64,000 nt of DNA from Candidatus Heimdallarchaeota archaeon (GTDB taxonomy: Archaea; Asgardarchaeota; Heimdallarchaeia; Heimdallarchaeales; Heimdallarchaeaceae), in NCBI GenBank assembly GCA_019057815.1, contig JAHLWR010000010.1:32001-96000 (forward strand), given 5' to 3'. Shown piece by piece: positions 1 through 10,234 of the stretch. The notes under the pieces are model-generated. The model was not told the origin of the DNA, ran no database searches, and saw only the letters and a program-made list of their open reading frames with translations. Every line of letters starts with the position of its first letter. The stretch's first letter is position 1. The translations under genes and the position numbers were made by a program.

Positions 1-66
1 TTATGTCTTAGTGACCAAGTTAAGTCCTTATGAAACAAGTTCAGAATTAAGAATTAAGCATACTTT

Positions 67-543
67 TTAATCAAATAATTTAGAGCCTTTCCTTCTTCTT
101 TCATATCTTAATTTTGAATGGAGAAACTCCACTACCTCTACTTTTTTCCTTCTTTTTCCTGCATCTAAAACAAAGAGTTTATTTCCTTCTTCTGTAATTA
201 TTTCTGCTCTTATCACCTCCTCTATTCTTACAGGTCTAAAATTCTCCCTACCTCTTTTCTGTATTTTTCTTTTTCTATTCTTTCTAAATTCTCTATAATC
301 TTCTCAAATTCCCCCTATCTTCTCTCTCGAACATCATTTTATAATCCTTATACACCTTCTCTATTTTTTGAATTATTTTCTCTTCTCCTATTTTTCATAA
401 TATCCTGCTATTATTTTATGAAACTTTTTTCCGAAAACTAACCCTTTGTCTTCCTTTACCACTCTTCCTTTCTTTCTCTTCTTAAATTCATACATTTTCG
501 GACATATACTATATATCTCCACATTTGTTGGATATACCTTCAT
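67..543 (-). pseudogene. Decayed PD-(D/E)XK (RecB/Cas4-like) nuclease-family gene
   Basis: Manual translation from ATG at 543 gives MKVYPTNVEIYSICPKMYEFKKRKKGRVVKEDKGLVFGKKFHKIIAGYYEK*, matching the 'Y..CP..Y...G..FH' N-terminus of PDDEXK_1 proteins. After frameshifts/stops the same frame resumes with FRPVRIEEVI..LFVLDAG..VEVVEF and ends at TAA 67-69. Confidence 0.45.
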
Positions 544-621
544 CTTCCTTCCTCTTTACTTGTTAGAACTTATCTGAAATACCCCAAGAACCTTTTTCTC
601 ATCAACCCTTATATCTCTTAT

Positions 622-2169
622 TTGATTTTCACCTTGAAGAATGTAATGATATTTTCTTTTATCAAGAATCTAACAAGATTTAATTATGAAAATGACTTAA
701 ACTATATAATGATCTTTTCCAAAGATGTAATAAGAAACAAAATCAGCTTACTTAACATAGAGCAAAGCATATTTTCAGATGGTGATATTAATAATATACT
801 AGAAACTCGGAAGGAATTTTCACGTTCTCTCTTTCTTCTATCTAATCTAGAAGAAACTAACATTGATTCAATGAATGAAATTGAAAAATTAATTCTCCTA
901 TTCAAGGAAATTGTTGGATTAGAACTATTGGTAAGGTTCAATGTAAGAGAAAAGATTAGAAGGATTTTTTCACGGAGAATATCGCTTTTACTCTCCACTA
1001 GAAAAGAACAACTTGAGATGATTCGAAATCAACTAGATGTCTTGTATATTTTAAGAAGTGATGTCGCACATACTTTATCGATAAATAAAAGTGAAGAATT
1101 TAGTTTTTATTATGGAAATGATATAGTTAAAGCAATACATTTTGCAAACTCTTACCACAAATTAGCACTTGTACGAATGTTCTTTACAGAAAAGAAGATT
1201 ATTGACAAGACATCTTTAGTACTAAAACTTAATGAATTTGATAAGCTTTCAAAGACAGATACAGATAAAAAATTGGACGTTCCTTTACCGCAATACAATT
1301 CAATTCTAAGTAAAGAATTATATCGACTTACAGGTATTGAATCAAGTTCTTCAAGACAAGCTTTCAGTTTTAAATTACCTGAAGAAAGAGAGAAGTATTA
1401 TTTAGGATTGAATTCACATGGAGGTTTAATCACACCTGTACATTCTTCTCTAGATAATTTCGAATACTTCTATGGAGATAAAGAAAATTTTACTGCAGAA
1501 TCACGAATTGTACCTTCAACCAAAGTATGGAATGAATTTATATCTCTGATTAAAGTGAAATTAAAGGAAATACAAATCCTAGAACCTAAACGACTAAGAA
1601 TCGTGTCAAAAACGCATAAATCAGTGTTATTCTTTATAGGATATTACTTTTCCAAAACAAAAAACACTATTGTTATATCAGATATTGACGGAAAAGAAAT
1701 TGATCTTAAACCTTATACTATCAATGTTGATTCTGAACAGTATTGGGACATAAAAAATCAAAACTTAAAACGTACTGATTCAGAAGCTGTTTTAATTCTA
1801 AATATTACTGGACATATTGATCAAATTGTACAAAATGAACATGAAAAACTGAATATTTTAGATCTCCCAAAAATTATATGTAAAATAAAATTAGAAGATT
1901 CTGTGTTGAGTCCAACGAATCAAAAGTTATACAGTTCTGAATTCATTCATAGAGCATGTAGAGCTCTTGAGCTTTATCTAAATAATAATATTCAAACCAG
2001 ATCTTTGAGGAAGATTCACCTATTTGTAAAATCCAGAGGTATTTTTACAATATTGCTTGGTATGCATATGAGATTACTAAATTACGAAGTAGTTCATTAT
2101 GAATTTGGTCGTGAAGACATTCATCAGGATAAAGAAGAATATTATCGAGTATTTAGTAGTCTTAAGTGA
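622..2169 (+). CDS. SAVED-domain protein with uncharacterised helical N-terminal domain
   Basis: C-terminal half has the two CARF-like SAVED lobes: RLRIVSKTHKSVLFFIGYYF, EAVLILNITGHI, KIHLFVKSRGIFTILLGMHM..VVHYEF..EEYYRVF. True start may be downstream of the TTG at 622. Confidence 0.7.
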   Translation: MIFTLKNVMIFSFIKNLTRFNYENDLNYIMIFSKDVIRNKISLLNIEQSIFSDGDINNILETRKEFSRSLFLLSNLEETNIDSMNEIEKLILLFKEIVGLELLVRFNVREKIRRIFSRRISLLLSTRKEQLEMIRNQLDVLYILRSDVAHTLSINKSEEFSFYYGNDIVKAIHFANSYHKLALVRMFFTEKKIIDKTSLVLKLNEFDKLSKTDTDKKLDVPLPQYNSILSKELYRLTGIESSSSRQAFSFKLPEEREKYYLGLNSHGGLITPVHSSLDNFEYFYGDKENFTAESRIVPSTKVWNEFISLIKVKLKEIQILEPKRLRIVSKTHKSVLFFIGYYFSKTKNTIVISDIDGKEIDLKPYTINVDSEQYWDIKNQNLKRTDSEAVLILNITGHIDQIVQNEHEKLNILDLPKIICKIKLEDSVLSPTNQKLYSSEFIHRACRALELYLNNNIQTRSLRKIHLFVKSRGIFTILLGMHMRLLNYEVVHYEFGREDIHQDKEEYYRVFSSLK

Positions 2170-2177
2170 TTATTTGA

Positions 2178-2795
2178 TCACTTCAACTCCTTTAGAATTC
2201 TTTTACAAATTCGTTCAGGTGACATTTTACACGTTTCTATTACCAATGATACTTCATTCCTATCTAATGTATCTAGAAAAATTTCTCTTTGTTTTAATAT
2301 GAAATCAATAACTATTTTATTCCATTTTTTAACTGATTTTAGCCTTTCAATAAGAGTTTCTTTTTCAGTATCCAAAACAATTTGAATAACTCGTACATTA
2401 GGCAATTTCTGTTTTAATAATCCTTTTTCAGGATACCATCTTTTTTTTTCAGGATTCTTTAGATAGTAGAATGTATCCCCAGATTCACCACCATTGAAAC
2501 CATCTACAATTACTGTGAAACCTTCATCAGTGAAATTTCTTACAAGGTCTAGCGTGTTTTTATCTGCTAGTTTACATTGTTTCCTATATTCACCAGGATA
2601 ATTTCCAGGTTGTAATCCTGTTCTAGATGCAACTAATCCATTGACAACCATATAGCGCAAAATATCTTGCTCTATGAAAACTGAAGGAGAGATTTTTTCA
2701 GCGAGTTTTTTTCCTATAGTTGTTTTACCAACACCTGTTCCCCCTCTGAGGAATATAGCAAAAGATTTCTTATTATTCACCTTTTGTTTCTTCAT
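2178..2795 (-). CDS. P-loop small-molecule/nucleotide kinase (AAA_33/TmrB/CPT-like)
   Basis: Walker A GGTGVGKTT, 'EQDILR', 'VIVDG' and lid 'LIERL'; 205 aa, NMP-kinase-like architecture. Confidence 0.7.
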   Translation of the reverse strand: MKKQKVNNKKSFAIFLRGGTGVGKTTIGKKLAEKISPSVFIEQDILRYMVVNGLVASRTGLQPGNYPGEYRKQCKLADKNTLDLVRNFTDEGFTVIVDGFNGGESGDTFYYLKNPEKKRWYPEKGLLKQKLPNVRVIQIVLDTEKETLIERLKSVKKWNKIVIDFILKQREIFLDTLDRNEVSLVIETCKMSPERICKRILKELK

Positions 2796-2905
2796 TAAAA
2801 CACCATCTTCATAATTCTATATAGATTACTAATTACTAATCACTTTGAATGCAAATTTTTATAAAGAATTAGGTCTTTTTTTTATAGTTTAATAGGTGAG
2901 AATCT

Positions 2906-3895
2906 TTGAATATCGTTGTAACTGGTGGAAAAGGATTTATTGGTTCTAGTGTCTGCGATAGATTGTTAAAAGCAGGTTTTAATGTTATTTCAATTGATAA
3001 TAGAAAGGGCGATAATTATTATTCCATGAATTCCTCTATAATCTCAAAGGAGGTGGATATTACTAATTATACTTCATTGAAAGAAATAATTAGTCAAGCT
3101 GATGGAATCATTCATTTAGCAGCAGTTTCTCGAGTGATTTGGGGAGAGATTTTTCCACAAAAGTGTATTGATGTGAATGTCAAAGGTACTCTAAATATTG
3201 TAGAAGCTGCAAAGCAATCTAAAAGAAAACCTTGGATTATTTTGGGGAGCAGTAGAGAAGTTTATGGGGAAACAGATAGAAATCTTGTAACTGAAGATTA
3301 TCTATCAAATCCCATTAATACTTATGGTATTTCAAAGCTAGCAGCAGAATGTTTAGTAAAGCAATATGCTTTACAGAATGCTTCAAAAACAATGATTCTG
3401 AGATTTTCTAATGTTTATGGAGAGCTTTCTGATATACTTGATAGAGTAACACCAAAGTTTATCCTCAATGCTCTTTTGGATAGACCACTAAGTATCCATG
3501 GAGGGAATCAAATCATGGACTTTACTCATATTGTTGATACTGTCGACGCAATTGAGAGAGCTGTTCATTTTATGAATTCCATTTCTGAGGATAAATTTTT
3601 TGATCATTTCCATATACTTCCTGGAGAATCTAACTCTCTTTATGATTTAATTGAGCATATTAAATCAAATACTAGTAAAAATATCAGAGTTGAACAAGGG
3701 AAGAGAAGAGAATATGACGTTGAGAAATTTACTGGAAATCCTGATAAAGCAAAAGAATTACTTGGATTTAAGTGCAAAATAAAATATAAAGAAGGAGTCA
3801 AAAAAACAATGAATCTCTTCGAAAAAGAACTGCAAAACAACAAACCAAAAGTAGTACAAAAATTTAAGGAGGATTCAAAATGCGAATTGCTATAG
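2906..3895 (+). CDS. NAD-dependent nucleotide-sugar epimerase/dehydratase (extended SDR)
   Basis: TGGKGFIG, HLAA, SSREVYG, YGISK (YxxxK), LRFSNVYG; AGGTGA SD before the TTG start. Confidence 0.9.
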   Translation: MNIVVTGGKGFIGSSVCDRLLKAGFNVISIDNRKGDNYYSMNSSIISKEVDITNYTSLKEIISQADGIIHLAAVSRVIWGEIFPQKCIDVNVKGTLNIVEAAKQSKRKPWIILGSSREVYGETDRNLVTEDYLSNPINTYGISKLAAECLVKQYALQNASKTMILRFSNVYGELSDILDRVTPKFILNALLDRPLSIHGGNQIMDFTHIVDTVDAIERAVHFMNSISEDKFFDHFHILPGESNSLYDLIEHIKSNTSKNIRVEQGKRREYDVEKFTGNPDKAKELLGFKCKIKYKEGVKKTMNLFEKELQNNKPKVVQKFKEDSKCELL

Positions 3896-5103
3896 TAATG
3901 CACGGATTTCCACCAGAATATATGGCTGGCTCTGAGGTTTATTCTTTACATTTAGCATTAGAACTAAACAAAACGCATGAAGTTTTTGTTTTTCATCGAA
4001 TAGATAATCCTTTTTTAAAAGAGTATAAACTAGTAAAATCTGAGTTTCAAGGATTAACTAAATATATGATAAATATCCCTTATCTACCTCATTATTTTGA
4101 AGGAAGGTACATCAATCCAAGAGTTGAAAGAATCTATGAACAATTTCTAAATGAAATACAACCGGATATTATTCATTTTGGTCACCTTAACTATCTGTCT
4201 ACTAATTTGGTTAAAATTTCAAAAGAGAGAGGATTCCAGAACATTTTCACTCTACATGATTATTGGTTATATTGCCCCCGAGGGCAATTGATTAACAGAA
4301 GAGATGAATCTCTTTGTGATGATATTGATTTTGAAATTTGTCTTGAGTGTTTAGATGAATATCTTGTAAATGAAAATAATGCTAAAGACAAAATAAAACA
4401 AAGATTTGATCATATTCAGAAAAATGTGGTTAATTATGTTGATATGTTTATATCTCCCTCCAAGTTTCTTCTAAACAAAATGGTCGAATTAGGGATTCCT
4501 AAAGAGAAAATGGTTTATTTAGATTATGGATTTAATCATGAGTATTTTAGTGATTATAAGAAAAAACCTTCAGAAAAAATCAGATTTGGATATATAGGTC
4601 GTATTATCCCTACAAAGGGAGTTCATCTTATTATTGATGCATTTAACAGAATTACAGATGAGAACACAGAATTGTTTATTTATGGTTCTTCATCAAATGT
4701 TCACTATCTCAAGAGTAGATCTACAAATCAAAATATTCATTTTAAGGGTTATTACAATAATTGGGAAATTGCAAAAGTGTTAGCTGAAATCGATATTCTG
4801 ATTGTTCCTTCAATTTGGTTTGAGAATTCACCATTAGTGATTCACGAAGCATCTTTAGCTCGAATACCCGTTATTGTAACTGACTTGGGAGGAATGGCTG
4901 AATATGTAAAGAATAATGTTAATGGTTTACTCTTTGAGAGAAATAATGTTGATGATCTATTAGATAAAATCATGATGTTTATTAGAAATCCTAATTTAAT
5001 AGATGAATTAGGAAATAATCCTATTTATGTTCAATCTGCTGAAGAACATGCAAAAAGTGTTGAGGAGATTTATTTTAAAATTCTTAAAGGTGTTAATTTT
5101 TGA
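3880..5103 (+). CDS. Glycosyltransferase family 4 (GT-B)
   Basis: HGFPP..AGSE, TLHDYW..CP, GRIIPTKG, PSIWFENSPLVIHEA, DLGGMAE; overlaps the upstream gene. Confidence 0.9.
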   Translation: MRIAIVMHGFPPEYMAGSEVYSLHLALELNKTHEVFVFHRIDNPFLKEYKLVKSEFQGLTKYMINIPYLPHYFEGRYINPRVERIYEQFLNEIQPDIIHFGHLNYLSTNLVKISKERGFQNIFTLHDYWLYCPRGQLINRRDESLCDDIDFEICLECLDEYLVNENNAKDKIKQRFDHIQKNVVNYVDMFISPSKFLLNKMVELGIPKEKMVYLDYGFNHEYFSDYKKKPSEKIRFGYIGRIIPTKGVHLIIDAFNRITDENTELFIYGSSSNVHYLKSRSTNQNIHFKGYYNNWEIAKVLAEIDILIVPSIWFENSPLVIHEASLARIPVIVTDLGGMAEYVKNNVNGLLFERNNVDDLLDKIMMFIRNPNLIDELGNNPIYVQSAEEHAKSVEEIYFKILKGVNF

Positions 5104-6119
5104 AATTGAATAAACTCACTGGTCCTTGGAGAATAACGTTTGATACAAACCCAGATGAGTGTAATATAAGTTGTATAATGTGTGAAAGACAATTCTTAGA
5201 ACGATTAAAAAAGAGAAAAAAACCACGAAGAATGTCTACTTCATTAATTGAGAAAATTGTATTGGAAGGATTGGAAATGGGAGAACTGAGTGAAATTATT
5301 CCTTCCACAATGGGTGAGCCGCTTCTATTTAACAATTTTGATATTTTCTTTGATTTGTGTAATGAAAAAGATCTTAAACTGAATCTAACAACAAATGGAA
5401 CCTTTCCCAGAAGAGACATAGAGGAATGGGGTGACTTGCTTTTACCTGTATGTAGTGACATAAAGATTTCTTGGAATGGTTTAACTAAAGAAACTGATGA
5501 AGGCATTATGCGGGGTAGGAGTCATAATAAGGCACAAACAAGACTGATTGACTTCGTTAAAATTAGAGATAAGCTGAGATATGAAAGTAAAGAAGCTAGT
5601 ACAATAACGCTTCAACTTACATTTTTAGAACAAAATTATAAGGAGATTCCAGGTTTAATTAAATGGGCAATAGATATTGGTATTGATAGAGTTAAGGGTC
5701 ATCATTTATGGATTCATGATCAGAGAGCAGAAAAGTGGTCAATGAGAAGAAGTGAGGATTCAATTAAAAGATGGAATGAAATGATTGCTTCGTTGAATCC
5801 TTCTTATAGAAGAAAAATAAGACTTGAAAATCTCTATCCTATTTCAGCAAAAGAAGAAGTCATTCTTCAAGATTCTGTATGTCCCTTTCTAGGAAGAGAA
5901 GCTTGGATTTCTGCTATAGGAGATTTTAGTCCTTGTTGTGCTCCTGATGATTTAAGAAAACAGCTTGGTGATTTTGGTAATGTAAAAGAAAAGGCTCTTA
6001 GGGAGATTTGGTATAGTGAGGAATATTCTAATCTATGTCTGAATTATGATCATTATTACCTTTGTAAGACATGTAATATGAGGAAAAAACAACAGGATGT
6101 ATATAAGTATGAATCTTAG
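5100..6119 (+). CDS. Radical SAM protein with SPASM/twitch domain
   Basis: CNISCIMC, GEPLL, TTNGT; C-terminal CPF..PCC..FGNV..CKTC. Confidence 0.9.
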   Translation: MKLNKLTGPWRITFDTNPDECNISCIMCERQFLERLKKRKKPRRMSTSLIEKIVLEGLEMGELSEIIPSTMGEPLLFNNFDIFFDLCNEKDLKLNLTTNGTFPRRDIEEWGDLLLPVCSDIKISWNGLTKETDEGIMRGRSHNKAQTRLIDFVKIRDKLRYESKEASTITLQLTFLEQNYKEIPGLIKWAIDIGIDRVKGHHLWIHDQRAEKWSMRRSEDSIKRWNEMIASLNPSYRRKIRLENLYPISAKEEVILQDSVCPFLGREAWISAIGDFSPCCAPDDLRKQLGDFGNVKEKALREIWYSEEYSNLCLNYDHYYLCKTCNMRKKQQDVYKYES

Positions 6120-6840
6120 AAAAATAATAGTATCAAATGATAATACACACCATTTATTTAATGAAAAACCATTATATGCAAAAAAATTCAAACGTGTTTT
6201 CAAATTCCATCCACCAGGATTAGCACCTGTGTTAGATGAATCAGGAGCTTATCATATAGAACTTGATGGAAATGAAGCTTACAAAGAGAGATTCATCAAA
6301 ACTTTTGGTTACTATTTTGATAAAGCTGCAATAATCACGAAAGAGGGATGGGGTCATATTGACATTAAAGGTAATTTAGTCTATGAACCTATTTATGATT
6401 GGGTTGGAAATTATCAAGATGAAGTATGCACGGTACGAGATAAAAAAGGGAGTTATTTCCATATTAAAGATAATGGAGATAGAGTCTATTCTGCGAACAT
6501 GCTTTATGCAGGAGATTTCAGGAATGAAATTGCTGTAGTTAGAAAGAACAATGGATTATGTACCCATATTTATAAAGATGGAACATCAGTTCATGGAAAA
6601 TATTTCATTGATTTAGATGTATTCCATAAAGGATTTGCAAGAGCAAAAAACAAAGAAGGTTGGTTTCACATTAATGAAGAAGGAAAAGAAATCTATCAAG
6701 AAAAATATAAATGCAATGAACCGTTCTACAATGGGTATGCACTAGTTGAAAACATGTTAGGCAATAGACTAATCATAGATGAAGGGGGGAATTATGTACA
6801 CACAGTAATTGAACTTAGTAAGATAGAGGAAATGAAATGA
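6097..6840 (+). CDS. WG-repeat (beta-repeat) protein
   Basis: Repeated F..G.A.V....W.HI...G units (EGWGHIDIKGN, FHKGFARAKNKEGWFHINEEG, FYNGYALV). Likely start is ATG 6109. Confidence 0.75.
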   Translation: MYISMNLRKIIVSNDNTHHLFNEKPLYAKKFKRVFKFHPPGLAPVLDESGAYHIELDGNEAYKERFIKTFGYYFDKAAIITKEGWGHIDIKGNLVYEPIYDWVGNYQDEVCTVRDKKGSYFHIKDNGDRVYSANMLYAGDFRNEIAVVRKNNGLCTHIYKDGTSVHGKYFIDLDVFHKGFARAKNKEGWFHINEEGKEIYQEKYKCNEPFYNGYALVENMLGNRLIIDEGGNYVHTVIELSKIEEMK

Positions 6841-8501
6841 ATGATTTAATGACATTAGGATTTTATGGTCCTACTAATCAATGGACACATGATCATTCAG
6901 CAGTATTGACTAAAAATGGAGAGATACATACATTCCTACAATTGGAAAGATTAACAAGAATTAAAAGAGATAATCGAATTGCTGATTATTTAGCTTTTTT
7001 CCTTAAACAATCAGGATGTGATTTTCAGGATTTGGATAAGCTACAAGTAGGTTATGCTAATTCTTTTTCTCTTGATTCTGATCGTTTTTTTAGAATATCA
7101 GAGAACAACATTATGAGTTCAAACTGTGAAGTGGAATTTAAGCATGAAGGGACTGATAAGCTAGAGGAAACAAAAGTTATTGGTAAAATAGAAAAAAAGT
7201 CAGTGGAAGCTACTATTGTTCCCCATGAAATAGCTCATATTTTTTCATGTATTCCCTTTTACGGAAATTTTAAGGATAATTCTTTACTAATCCACGTTGA
7301 TGGAGCAGCATCTATATCAAATGCATCTGCTTGGATATACAAAAATAATAAGTTACAACTTCTAGAATATACAACAAATTTTCATCATGCTCTCCTGAAT
7401 TTTTCCTATAATGATCTAGTTTTTGATATCTTGAAACTTGAGAGAACAAAACACAAGGGGATGCCAGGAAGATTAATGGGTTACTCATCATATGGAAAAT
7501 GCAACAAAGGATTACTGCAATGGTTAAGAGCAAAGGATTTCTTTTTAGAATATGATAAATTTCCTAAAAAGCTATTTCTGAACGAATCAAAGAAGAAATT
7601 CTCATATAATTTAGACTACATTGAGAATAAACACCGATTTTCTTTTAACATTGCAGCTTGTATTCACAAACACTTTGAGAAAAAAATTCTAGAATTTATG
7701 GAAAAACACAGATTAAATACTGGTGCGGAGTTTTTATACTATTCAGGTGGAGCTGCATTAAATATCAAACTAAACAGGGAAATTGTAAATTCTAGGAAAT
7801 TTAAAGAGGTTTATATTCCACCTACCGCTGATGATTCAGGTGTGGGTTTAGGAGCTGCTTTTTATCTGGAATGGAAAAATAAAAATGATCCAATAATCCA
7901 TAATCCTTTTCTTAATAATTTTGGTCTTAGAAAAGATAAACACAACATTAAATTTTCTGTTGATGATGTATGTAAAGATATATCTAAAGGTAAAATTTTA
8001 GGTATATACACTAATAATGGTGAAGCAGGTCCTAGAGCATTAGGACATCGCTCAATAATTGCAAATCCTTGTATTAAAAGCATGAAACAAAAAGTTAGTG
8101 AGGAAATAAAAGGTAGAGAATGGTATCGTCCTTTAGCTCCTATTATTTTAGAAACAGAGTTGGAAGATTTGTTTACTAATTATGTTAAATCACCAATAAT
8201 GTATTTCATGTTATATGCGTTTAAGGTAAAGGATAATAAAAAAAATGAAATTCCTGCAATAGTTCACAAAGATGGTACTACAAGAGCCCAAGTTGTTAAA
8301 AAGGGCGATAAAAATCTAAGACTTCTTGTAGAAATCTTAATAACACTAAAAGATGATTATGATATTCCTTGTATGATCAACACTTCTTTTAATGCTACGG
8401 GTGAACCTATAGTTCATAGTGAAAAGGATGCATTAGATACAGCAAAAAAGATAGGTTTAGAAAGAGTGGTTATCAATAATGAGTATTTAAAATTGAGATG
8501 A
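6837..8501 (+). CDS. O-carbamoyltransferase (NodU/CmcH/TobZ family)
   Basis: HDHSA, PHEIAH, SGGAALN, DDSG..LGAA, EAGPRALGHRSI, KGREWYRPLAP, HKDGTTRAQ, NTSFN..GEPIV. Confidence 0.92.
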   Translation: MNDLMTLGFYGPTNQWTHDHSAVLTKNGEIHTFLQLERLTRIKRDNRIADYLAFFLKQSGCDFQDLDKLQVGYANSFSLDSDRFFRISENNIMSSNCEVEFKHEGTDKLEETKVIGKIEKKSVEATIVPHEIAHIFSCIPFYGNFKDNSLLIHVDGAASISNASAWIYKNNKLQLLEYTTNFHHALLNFSYNDLVFDILKLERTKHKGMPGRLMGYSSYGKCNKGLLQWLRAKDFFLEYDKFPKKLFLNESKKKFSYNLDYIENKHRFSFNIAACIHKHFEKKILEFMEKHRLNTGAEFLYYSGGAALNIKLNREIVNSRKFKEVYIPPTADDSGVGLGAAFYLEWKNKNDPIIHNPFLNNFGLRKDKHNIKFSVDDVCKDISKGKILGIYTNNGEAGPRALGHRSIIANPCIKSMKQKVSEEIKGREWYRPLAPIILETELEDLFTNYVKSPIMYFMLYAFKVKDNKKNEIPAIVHKDGTTRAQVVKKGDKNLRLLVEILITLKDDYDIPCMINTSFNATGEPIVHSEKDALDTAKKIGLERVVINNEYLKLR

Positions 8502-8505
8502 CAAT

Positions 8506-9084
8506 ATGTTGATTCTTATTGCAAGGCATGGTGAGGATGTGGGTTGCAATACACCCGAAGAAAAAAGACTTCTAACTAAAAGAGGAAGGAAACAAGCAGA
8601 AAAACTAGGAAAGCTAATTAAACATTTTAATCCAACTTACATCTACTCTAGTAGTTTAAACAGAGCAAAGCAAACAGCTAAAGTAGTAGCAGAAATGAGT
8701 AATTTAAGGTTTAGAATAAATGATTTTATTCACGAACAACAATTATTCAAGGAAGAAGAAGAGCTACAACTTTTAAGAGTTAAAAGAGGATATATAGATT
8801 TTAATGCAACAATCATAAAGGGAGAGAAATACACAGACTTAATATCAAGAGCCGAGAAGGTTAAAAGATGGATACTAAGTGAACACCAAATAAAAAAAGA
8901 TAGAATTGTGCTCATTACTCATGGAAGATTCATGACAGTTCTAATTAGCTTATTTCTGGGTTTTAAACCAGATGGATTCTTTCTAGCTAATTATAACACA
9001 TCTTATGCAATCATAAGAATATCCAGAAATTGGAGACCTATGCTAGTTCTTCCATCACCTGACAATTTACATCTTTTAGAATAA
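8506..9084 (+). CDS. Histidine phosphatase (PGM/CobC family)
   Basis: RHGE, LT..GRKQA, SS.L.RA.QTA, ITHG. Confidence 0.9.
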   Translation: MLILIARHGEDVGCNTPEEKRLLTKRGRKQAEKLGKLIKHFNPTYIYSSSLNRAKQTAKVVAEMSNLRFRINDFIHEQQLFKEEEELQLLRVKRGYIDFNATIIKGEKYTDLISRAEKVKRWILSEHQIKKDRIVLITHGRFMTVLISLFLGFKPDGFFLANYNTSYAIIRISRNWRPMLVLPSPDNLHLLE

Positions 9085-9103
9085 ATGTCCATGGGATGGA
9101 AAA

Positions 9104-10234
9104 TTGAGTACTACTGATCTACAAAAAATCAAGGAAAGAAATAGAAGAATTGCATATATTTCTTGGAAGAGAGGAGATTTAATAAACAAAGCAATGCCGA
9201 TAAGAGCTACATTAAACACTACTTTAAAATGTAATTTAAACTGTATAATGTGTCAGTTTCATAGAAATAAAAAAATATCAGAGAGGGTAATTCAAAATAA
9301 TGATGAGTTACATGTAGATTTATTTTTAGATTTCGCCGATCAAGTTTTTCCTACTTTAATTGAGGCTGAAACTACTACTGTCGGAGAACCTTTACTTTCC
9401 AGTTATTTAGATGAGATTATAGAGAAAGCGCTTGAATATAATGTTCTGTTATATTTTACAACAAATGGTCTTTTGTTAAAAGAAGAACTAATTAGTAAAT
9501 TGATTCCAACCCTTAGTAACCTTGTAATCTCAATTGATGCAGTAAACCATAAATTATATGAAAAAATTAGGAAGGGAAGTTGTTTTGCAAAATTAGAAAA
9601 AAATATTAAGAAATTCATAGAAATTAGAAATTCTTGTGAGAAATATAAACCTGAATTAACATTACAGATGACATTAATGAAAATGAATATTGAAGAACTT
9701 CCAAAGATGGTTCAATATGCAAACAAGATAGGAGCAAATAATGTAAAAGCATATCATGCATATATCTTCGAAAAAAAAATGAAGAATCAATCGTTATTCT
9801 ATCATAGGGAGATTGCAGAAAAATTCATTAAAGAAGCAAAAACCCTTGGGAAAAAACTAGGAGTAAACACTTTTCTACCGAGATTCTTTCCAGAAAATTG
9901 TTCGAATATTTATCCTGATCCAATCATATTTGATTTTCCCCCTTGTTTTTTCTTATGGTACGAAACATTCATAGAACCAAATGGTGATATTTCTCCATGT
10001 TTTTTTCCAACAAGACAAAAAATAGGGAATATCAAAGAAAGGACTTTTAATGAAATTTGGAATAATAGACAATATCAAATAATGCGCAGAGAAGTAATAA
10101 GACAACCTCCTAAAGGATATTGCAAGAATTGCGAGCTAAGATACACATATTTGAAAGATTACACAGGACCTGGGATTATAGAATCACAATTTATCTTAAT
10201 AGATGATAAAAGAGCGAGATTGTATCAATCATGA
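9104..10234 (+). CDS. Radical SAM protein with SPASM domain
   Basis: CNLNCIMC, GEPLL, TTNG, ISID; C-terminal C..W....I.PNGDISPC..IGNI..CKNC. Confidence 0.9.
   Translation: MSTTDLQKIKERNRRIAYISWKRGDLINKAMPIRATLNTTLKCNLNCIMCQFHRNKKISERVIQNNDELHVDLFLDFADQVFPTLIEAETTTVGEPLLSSYLDEIIEKALEYNVLLYFTTNGLLLKEELISKLIPTLSNLVISIDAVNHKLYEKIRKGSCFAKLEKNIKKFIEIRNSCEKYKPELTLQMTLMKMNIEELPKMVQYANKIGANNVKAYHAYIFEKKMKNQSLFYHREIAEKFIKEAKTLGKKLGVNTFLPRFFPENCSNIYPDPIIFDFPPCFFLWYETFIEPNGDISPCFFPTRQKIGNIKERTFNEIWNNRQYQIMRREVIRQPPKGYCKNCELRYTYLKDYTGPGIIESQFILIDDKRARLYQS

Noticed and set aside
622-2795. Calling SAVED + P-loop gene a CBASS system
   Set aside because: No CD-NTase motif is present, the genes are convergent, and the P-loop protein is kinase-like rather than TRIP13-like.
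5100-10234. RiPP maturation by the SPASM radical SAM enzymes
   Set aside because: No precursor peptide, RRE domain, peptidase or exporter nearby; the context is sugar/nucleotide enzymes.
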